Source of the DNA: Deltaproteobacteria bacterium
GTDB lineage: Bacteria; Myxococcota; Kuafuiibacteriia; Kuafuiibacteriales; Kuafuiibacteriaceae
Length of the DNA: 64,000 bases
NCBI GenBank assembly: GCA_040218735.1
Contig: JAVJQW010000043.1
Location: 64,001-128,000 of the forward strand
Reading direction: 5' to 3'
The stretch's first letter is position 1. Every line of letters starts with the position of its first letter. Both the position numbers and the translations under genes were made by a program. The notes under the pieces are model-generated. The model was not told the origin of the DNA. It made no database searches and saw nothing but the letters and a program-made list of their open reading frames with translations. Positions 57,842 to 64,000 of this stretch are shown here, piece after piece.

Positions 57842-59656
57842 TCATTCGCGGCGCACGATGACCTGTTCGCGCTCGTAGTCGGCGATCACCTTGAGCCGGG
57901 TCCCGCCTTCGATGCGGATACGCTTCTTGACCGTAGGGATCGTCCGACGCAGGGAGCCCGGCCGTTCGATCGGGGGGCAGCTCGTCCCCTCGATGACCAC
58001 GACGTGGTCGCCGGCGGCGATCTGGTGGTCGAAGGACGGTGTCGAGCGCGCGATGATGTTGCCGTCGAGCGAGACGCGGCTCGAGCACGAGCGGGTCCCG
58101 AAGGCGACGTGCGCAAACGCTTCGCGCTCCACGGTGCGCGGGGGGGCCTTCGTGGGCGGCGGCGCCCGGACCTTCGCGGGCGGCGGCGGCGGTGCCTCGG
58201 CGACGGTCGCGGTCTTGGTGGGCGGCGGGGCGACGACCGTCGGCGGCGGAGGGGGATCGCGCCGAGTGATCGGCTCGACCGGGGGCGGGTCGAAGATCCC
58301 GCTCCGGTAGGCGACGACGCCGGCCAGCACCAGCACGAGCAGCACGGCGGAGGCCAGGACCCACCGCGATCGGTCGGGCTGGGTGGGCAGGTGGTCCAGC
58401 GTCAGCGGATCCGGGGGCTCGTCGGGTGTGGCGGGCCGGCGTTCGTCGACCACCCGCGGCGGTATGGCGGGGCGCTCGACGACCGGGTGGCGCGCGAGCT
58501 GCGACGGTGATTCGGCGGACGTCGGCTTCGGCGCAAACGCGGAGGGGCGCTCCGACGGTGGCATCGGTTCCGTCGACGGCGGGAGCGGCCGCGCGCGGAC
58601 GACGTCGCTCGGCGCGCGCGCGATCGTCTCCTGCTGTCCGGACGTGGAGATGGCCTCGCGGATCGCGTCGTCCAGCTCGACCGTGGAGGGCAGGGCCTTC
58701 TGCGCCTCCGTCGCCTTCGTGGCCTTGCGATCCATCAGCGACGCGACGAGGCGCCCGACCGACACGGGCGTCACGTCCGGGTACCGCGCGTAGCGGATGT
58801 GGCCGATGCGGCGCGCGAGCTCGGCGGCGGTCTGCACGCGTTCGTCGGGGTTGCGGGTGAGCGCGGCGAGCACGACTTCGTCGATCTCGCGGGGTACGTC
58901 GAACGCGAGCGTCGATGGCGGCGCGATGTGGTGTCGTCGCATCCGCTCGCGCGTCTCTTGGTCGTCGGGGCGCCAGAAGAGCGGCTGGTGGGCGAGGAGC
59001 TCCCAGAGCAGGAGGCCGGCCTGGTAGACGTCGGTGCGTGCGTCGATCGCACGCCCGGTCGCCTGCTCCGGGGACATGTAGCCGGTGGTGCCCTTCACGA
59101 CGCCGGCGCGGGTCTTGGGCATCGCGGCGAGGCGGGAGGCGGTCTTGGCGATCCCGAAGTCGAGGATCTTCACGTCGCCCTCGCGTGAGACGAGGACGTT
59201 GCGCGGGTTGAGGTCGCGGTGGACGAGGCCGAGGGGGAGGCCGTCGGCGCCGACCTTGCGGTGGGCGTAGTCGAGGCCCTTGGCGACCTCCTCGGTGATG
59301 AACAGCGCGGCGCCGACGTCGATCTTCACGCCCGCGGCGGTCGCTTCCTGGACGAGCGTGAACCCGTCGAGCCCGTCGACCAGCTCCATCGCGATGAAGT
59401 AGGTGCCGTCGACGCGACCGAGCTCGTAGATGCCGACGATGTTGGCGTGGGTGAGGCTGACCGCGATCTTCGCTTCGGTGACGAAGCTCTGCACGAACTC
59501 GGGGTCGCGCGCGTACTGCGGAAGGATCTGCTTGATGACGAGATCCTTCTCGAACCCGTCCGCGCCATAGAGCTTGGCGGCGAAGACCTCAGCCATGCCG
59601 CCGACGGCGATGCGGCGGGTGAGGAAGTACTTACCGAACGTCGTGGGTTGGAACAC
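57842..59656 (-). CDS. Hanks-type Ser/Thr kinase with TM and PEGA-like domain
   Basis: FGKYFLTRRIAVGGMAEVF, VIKQI, HRDLNPRN, DFG, YMSPEQ, TM. GTG start estimated. Confidence 0.92.
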   Translation of the reverse strand: MFQPTTFGKYFLTRRIAVGGMAEVFAAKLYGADGFEKDLVIKQILPQYARDPEFVQSFVTEAKIAVSLTHANIVGIYELGRVDGTYFIAMELVDGLDGFTLVQEATAAGVKIDVGAALFITEEVAKGLDYAHRKVGADGLPLGLVHRDLNPRNVLVSREGDVKILDFGIAKTASRLAAMPKTRAGVVKGTTGYMSPEQATGRAIDARTDVYQAGLLLWELLAHQPLFWRPDDQETRERMRRHHIAPPSTLAFDVPREIDEVVLAALTRNPDERVQTAAELARRIGHIRYARYPDVTPVSVGRLVASLMDRKATKATEAQKALPSTVELDDAIREAISTSGQQETIARAPSDVVRARPLPPSTEPMPPSERPSAFAPKPTSAESPSQLARHPVVERPAIPPRVVDERRPATPDEPPDPLTLDHLPTQPDRSRWVLASAVLLVLVLAGVVAYRSGIFDPPPVEPITRRDPPPPPTVVAPPPTKTATVAEAPPPPPAKVRAPPPTKAPPRTVEREAFAHVAFGTRSCSSRVSLDGNIIARSTPSFDHQIAAGDHVVVIEGTSCPPIERPGSLRRTIPTVKKRIRIEGGTRLKVIADYEREQVIVRRE

Positions 59657-59825
59657 GGCCGAGCGCGCGGTGCGCGAGCGAGAGCATGCCACCCCCCGTG
59701 AGGCTTCGCGACGTCCTGGCTCCCAACCTCAAGGAAATCCGCCAAACAGACTGTGAGGTCTTTTTGGGGCTCCAGCGCTCGGAACGTTTGTCGAACGCCC
59801 GCCGGCCCGCTAAGAGCATCACGCT

Positions 59826-61061
59826 TTGTTCGTTCAGGAGATGCAGTGGCGCGGTCTCGTCAAACAGCTCAGTCACGACGGGCTCGACGAGGTGATGGCG
59901 AAGGAGAAGATGCGGGTCTACAGCGGCTTCGATCCGACCGCGTCTTCCATGCACGTCGGCAACCTCATGCCGACGATGGCGCTGCGGCGCGCCCAGCTCG
60001 CCGGGCACCACCCGATCGTGCTCGTCGGCGGCGCCACGGGGATGATCGGCGACCCCAGCGGCAAGTCGTCGGAGCGCAACCTCCTGGACATGGAGACGCT
60101 CGAACGGAACGTGGAGGGGCTCTCGAAGCAGTTCTCGCGCTTCATCGACTTCGACGACGCGACCCTCGTGAACAACTTCGACTGGTTTGAGGGGATCGGC
60201 TACCTCGAGTTCCTCCGCGAGGTCGGCAAACACTTCTCCGTCAACGCGATGATCGCACGCGACTCCGTGCGCACGCGCCTCGAGGAACGCGAGCACGGGA
60301 TCTCGTACACCGAGTTCTCGTACATGCTGATCCAGGCGTACGACTTCTGGCACCTCTACAAGGAGCACGGGTGCAAGCTGCAGCTCGGCGGGAGCGAGCA
60401 GTGGGGCAACATCGCCTCCGGCATCGACATCATTCGTCGACTCGGCGGGGGGGAAGCCTACGGCATGACGTTGCCACTCCTCCTCGACGCGTCCGGAAAG
60501 AAATTCGGAAAGAGCGAAGAGGGGGCCGTCTGGCTCGACCCCGATCGCACGTCGCCCTACGACTTCTACCAGTACTTCCTGCGCACCGATGACCGCGACG
60601 TCATCCGCGTGCTGCGCTACCTCACGACGCTGGAGCGCGAGAAGATCGACGAGCTCGAAGAGCGCCACGCCGCCGCGCCCGAAAAACGCGAGGCCGCGCG
60701 CGAGCTCGCGCAGTGGATGACCGCGCTCGTCCACGGTGAGGACGAGGCGAAGCGCGCCGAGGCGAGCGCCAAGGCGCTGTTCGATCCCAACGCAAAGGGT
60801 GACCTCCCGCCGGGGACCCCGACCTACGCCTGCGAGGCGAGCAAGCTCGAAGCGGGGTGGCCGCTAGTCGACGCCATCGTCGAGAGCGGCCTCCTCCCGT
60901 CCAAGGGCAAGGCGCGCAAGGCGATCGAGCAGGGCGGGATCTACGTCAACGGCGAGCGCCAGACCGATACGGCGCGTACGCTCACGACCGCCGACGCCGA
61001 AGGCGGCGACGTCCGCCTCCGCCACGGCAAGAAGAACCACATGGTCCTGCAGCCGTCCTGA
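59826..61061 (+). CDS. tyrS: Tyrosine--tRNA ligase
   Basis: YSGFDPTA, HVGN (HIGH), GGSEQWGNI, KFGKS (KMSKS), C-terminal S4-like domain. Confidence 0.97.
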   Translation: MFVQEMQWRGLVKQLSHDGLDEVMAKEKMRVYSGFDPTASSMHVGNLMPTMALRRAQLAGHHPIVLVGGATGMIGDPSGKSSERNLLDMETLERNVEGLSKQFSRFIDFDDATLVNNFDWFEGIGYLEFLREVGKHFSVNAMIARDSVRTRLEEREHGISYTEFSYMLIQAYDFWHLYKEHGCKLQLGGSEQWGNIASGIDIIRRLGGGEAYGMTLPLLLDASGKKFGKSEEGAVWLDPDRTSPYDFYQYFLRTDDRDVIRVLRYLTTLEREKIDELEERHAAAPEKREAARELAQWMTALVHGEDEAKRAEASAKALFDPNAKGDLPPGTPTYACEASKLEAGWPLVDAIVESGLLPSKGKARKAIEQGGIYVNGERQTDTARTLTTADAEGGDVRLRHGKKNHMVLQPS

Positions 61062-61076
61062 GCGAGATCGCCCGGC

Positions 61077-62234
61077 TCAGCTACGTCGGCGCGGCCCGAG
61101 GTGCGGGTGCGCGTGCGCGAACTCCTCGAGGGTCGATGTATCGAGGCCGGTGCCGCGCGTCCTGAATCGTCGCAGGCGCGGGAGGCGCGCGACCGCCCCG
61201 AGTGTCGCCTCCGAGATCGGCGTCTCGTCGATGAACAACCGTTCGAGTGTCTCGGCGGCCGACGTGAGCAGGGCGATGAATCGCGCCTCGTCGATCTCGG
61301 CGAACGCCACGGTGAGGTCTCGAACGCCGGTGCAGCGCTCCACGCCCCGCGGGACGACCGGGGCGCTCAGCGAAACACGACCGAGCCCCGTGAGGTCGAT
61401 CGGACCCGAAGTCTCGAGGTCGTGCGCGGACGCGAGCTCGAGATCCGCGAGGCGCGGCATCGCGGCCCGAAAGCCGCGGACGTCGTCGAGCGCGTTCGGC
61501 AGGTCGCGGAGCACGAGCCATTCGACGTTCGGGAGCGCACGCCTCGGCGTGAGCACGAACGAAGGAATGTCGCCGCACGTCACCCAGACGAAGCTCAGTC
61601 GCGGTACATCGGCCAGCGCATCCAGCCGACGAACTTGCGTGTGGCTGAGTGTCAGGTGCGTGAGGTTCTCGAAGCCGAGCCCGTCGAGCTGGTCCTCAGC
61701 GAAGTCCGAGCCCTCGAGTCGAAGCGTCTGCACCTTCGAAGCGTGGCGTCGAATGCGCTCCAGCTCCTCGAGGGAGGCGCACGCCTTCCTGAGGTGCAGG
61801 CTGAATCGAACGCCCTCCTCGTACTCGGGGGGCAGCGCCGGTCCGAGGACGTGAAACGGCGGGCGGCCCTCCTGCTGGTGATAGAGGCGCGCGTCGTCGT
61901 CCGTGAAGCGCCCGCAGACGGTGAGCTCGACGATCGTGTGCGCGTCCGTCGCGTCCTCGACGGACACGTTGATCCACTCCGGGATGCGCCCGTCGCGATA
62001 GAGCGCAGCGAACGCGGTCTCGGCGTCGACGTCGGCGAGCTCGGCGCGCCGCTCGGGCGCGGAGTCCTCCGGATAGAGCCTTACGGTCTCGTCGGCGTGC
62101 CCGTCGTAGGAGGCGTTCAGCTCGACGCGGAAGCGAACGGCGTCGGGGAGCGGTTCTTCGATGTACTCGCGCGCGAAGTCACGCGCGCGCGTGTAGGCGG
62201 CGACGAACCGGCGTCGGAACTCGTCGCGCTCCAC
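61077..62234 (-). CDS. Hypothetical N-terminal domain fused to leucine-rich repeats
   Basis: LxxLxL units (VQTLRLE, LTHLTLS, VEWLVLR, LADLELA, LERLFID) after about residue 150. Confidence 0.7.
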   Translation of the reverse strand: MERDEFRRRFVAAYTRARDFAREYIEEPLPDAVRFRVELNASYDGHADETVRLYPEDSAPERRAELADVDAETAFAALYRDGRIPEWINVSVEDATDAHTIVELTVCGRFTDDDARLYHQQEGRPPFHVLGPALPPEYEEGVRFSLHLRKACASLEELERIRRHASKVQTLRLEGSDFAEDQLDGLGFENLTHLTLSHTQVRRLDALADVPRLSFVWVTCGDIPSFVLTPRRALPNVEWLVLRDLPNALDDVRGFRAAMPRLADLELASAHDLETSGPIDLTGLGRVSLSAPVVPRGVERCTGVRDLTVAFAEIDEARFIALLTSAAETLERLFIDETPISEATLGAVARLPRLRRFRTRGTGLDTSTLEEFAHAHPHLGPRRRS

Positions 62235-62283
62235 GGCGCTACCGTATCACGCGCTCGATCCGTCGCGGCGAGCACGGACGCGA

Positions 62284-64000
62284 TCAGCGGAGTCGGTTGA
62301 GCACCACCGCGTGGTCCCCGCCGATCTCCACCCGAGCGCCCGTCGGCGCGAGGTCGCCTTCCTCGTCCACCGTGAACGTCGCGGTCTCGGTCGCCGAAAT
62401 CCCGAAGATGACGGAGCCCGTCTCGTCCACCGCGATGTCCGTCAGGCCGCCCGTCGGCAGGCCCTGCACGCGGGTGTCGTTCGGATCCTGATCGATCGCC
62501 GTCAGGCTGCCGTCCGCTTCGATGCGGTACACGAACAGCGCGCCGGGCGTCGTCTCGCCGCGCGGCGAGCGTGAGTCCGCGGAGACGAACAACCACGATC
62601 CCGACAGCGTCATCGTCACCGGGTTCGCGCCCGTGTCCATCGCGTCCCCGAGCGGGCTCAGCGTCCCGAAGTCCGGGTCCGCCGAGAACGTGCGGACGTG
62701 CCCGTCGTTCGTCAGCACGTAGACCCGATCGTTCGCCGCGTCGATCGCTACGTCGATCACGTTGTCCAACGAAGGCACGGTCGAGGATGCTCCGAGGGGC
62801 GCGCCCGGCTGGCCGCGGTCGATCGACAGCACCGACAGCTCCCGGTCCTCGGTGATCGCGTAACCCCAGCGCCCGTCGTCGTGTACGAAGATCCGGGTGA
62901 GGTGCCGGTTGCTCGCATTGCGGCGCCGCATCTCGAGACGCCCCGGCGCCGCGTCGCGGTTCAGATGGAAGCTGTACGTCCCGCCGTACTCGTTGTCGCC
63001 GTTGTGATCGACGCACCAGACGTACTCCCCGAGCGGGTCCACCACCACGGAGCGGTCATCCTTCTGTCCGCGCCCCGACTCCTCCGGCTGCACGAACGGG
63101 TTCACGGTGAGCGCGTTGGTCTCGGCGTCGATGTCGAACACCTGGACGAACTGCGAACCGTTGCGCCCCGTCGAGACCATAAGATGCCGTTGGTCCGGCG
63201 TCATCGCGAGCTCTTGGCGCTCACCGGTCCCCGGCATGTCCATCACCGAGCCCATCGTGAGCGCCCCGTCCGCCCCGACCTCGATCGCCCGCAGCGCGAA
63301 CCCGTCCGTCACGTACACGGCGACCGGCACGCTCGTCAGCAGCGGCGAGCACTCGCCGTTCTCCTCCGCGCTCCGCGCGTCGAGCGGCGACGCTTCACAC
63401 CGGTCAGAGGTCCCGTCGTCGTCGGTGTCCGGGTTGTTCGGGTCCGTCCCCATCGCACGCTCCATCGCGTCGTCGAGGCCGTCCTCGTCCGCGTCGTCGC
63501 GGCGCGGGTTCGATATCACGCGGTAGGCGACGTTCGCCTCCGTACCCTCGTCGTCGTAGGCGATCGAAACGGTCCACCCGTTCTTCACCTCGACGAAGTC
63601 GGAGAGCCCGTCGCCGTCCGAGTCGACCGCGTCGTCCGAGGTCCCGTACAACCCTTCTTCGCGCTCCATCAGCCCGTCACCATCCGCGTCGCGCACGTAG
63701 ACCAAACGCACCTCGTCGCCCGCGTACAGACGCACGTCCTCGAACGGTAGGTCGGCCCGCGCCTCCGACGGTCGCTTCACGTAGATGATCCAGAACGCCT
63801 GCGGGTCCCCCGCGACGCCCATCGCCGGCTCGCCGCGGTCGTCGGAGCGTTCGTTCGCGTACGAGCCGAGCGTGCGCTCGATGGCGTGCAGCTCCTCGAC
63901 CATCACGGTCTCGCCTTCCTCGGTGCGGCGCTCCACGGCGCGTGTCTCGTACGGGACGCCGAGCACGTCCTTCAGGAGCGTCCCCATCCGAATCCCCGCG
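62284..64000 (-). CDS. Large protein, 5' part outside the window, with DxDxDG calcium-binding repeats and a C-terminal beta-propeller
   Basis: Frame open to the window edge. DADGDGL, DSDGDGLSD, DADEDGLDD, DTDDDG, then lactonase-like blades. Confidence 0.8.
   Translation of the reverse strand, partial: AGIRMGTLLKDVLGVPYETRAVERRTEEGETVMVEELHAIERTLGSYANERSDDRGEPAMGVAGDPQAFWIIYVKRPSEARADLPFEDVRLYAGDEVRLVYVRDADGDGLMEREEGLYGTSDDAVDSDGDGLSDFVEVKNGWTVSIAYDDEGTEANVAYRVISNPRRDDADEDGLDDAMERAMGTDPNNPDTDDDGTSDRCEASPLDARSAEENGECSPLLTSVPVAVYVTDGFALRAIEVGADGALTMGSVMDMPGTGERQELAMTPDQRHLMVSTGRNGSQFVQVFDIDAETNALTVNPFVQPEESGRGQKDDRSVVVDPLGEYVWCVDHNGDNEYGGTYSFHLNRDAAPGRLEMRRRNASNRHLTRIFVHDDGRWGYAITEDRELSVLSIDRGQPGAPLGASSTVPSLDNVIDVAIDAANDRVYVLTNDGHVRTFSADPDFGTLSPLGDAMDTGANPVTMTLSGSWLFVSADSRSPRGETTPGALFVYRIEADGSLTAIDQDPNDTRVQGLPTGGLTDIAVDETGSVIFGISATETATFTVDEEGDLAPTGARVEIGGDHAVVLNRLR

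Noticed and set aside
59657-59825. T-box riboswitch or tRNA upstream of tyrS
   Set aside because: The region is short and shows no T-box consensus, terminator or cloverleaf.

Overview
GC-rich (about 70% by eye), gene-dense bacterial window. Its content (three Hanks-type Ser/Thr kinases, several FHA proteins, many lipoproteins, a MYXO-CTERM-like tail, a Myxococcus-type LexA box) points to a Myxococcota/deltaproteobacterial genome; this is inferred, not checked. About 49 CDSs are supported. No rRNA, tRNA, CRISPR array or transposase was seen. Housekeeping and metabolic genes: ppdK, tyrS, lnt, fdhD, a thiolase, a LeuA-family synthase, a POT transporter, and an MFE-2-like plus SCP2-type thiolase pair resembling peroxisomal beta-oxidation enzymes. 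Best candidates for uncharacterised systems: (1) a CHAT (caspase-like) protease / zinc-finger membrane anti-sigma / subtilase lipoprotein / ECF sigma operon facing an astacin-FG-GAP lipoprotein; (2) a Ser/Thr kinase / TPR membrane protein / solute-binding lipoprotein / TonB-dependent receptor operon; (3) two apparent pseudoenzymes, an FHA-CpaF/TadA protein without Walker motifs and a TldD without its metal ligands; (4) an FHA-BY-kinase fusion with NAWGD repeats; (5) a small secreted-protein gene duplicated 1200 bp apart together with its sigma54 promoter and palindromic enhancer. All domain calls come from reading motifs by eye, no searches were run, and several start codons are my estimates.
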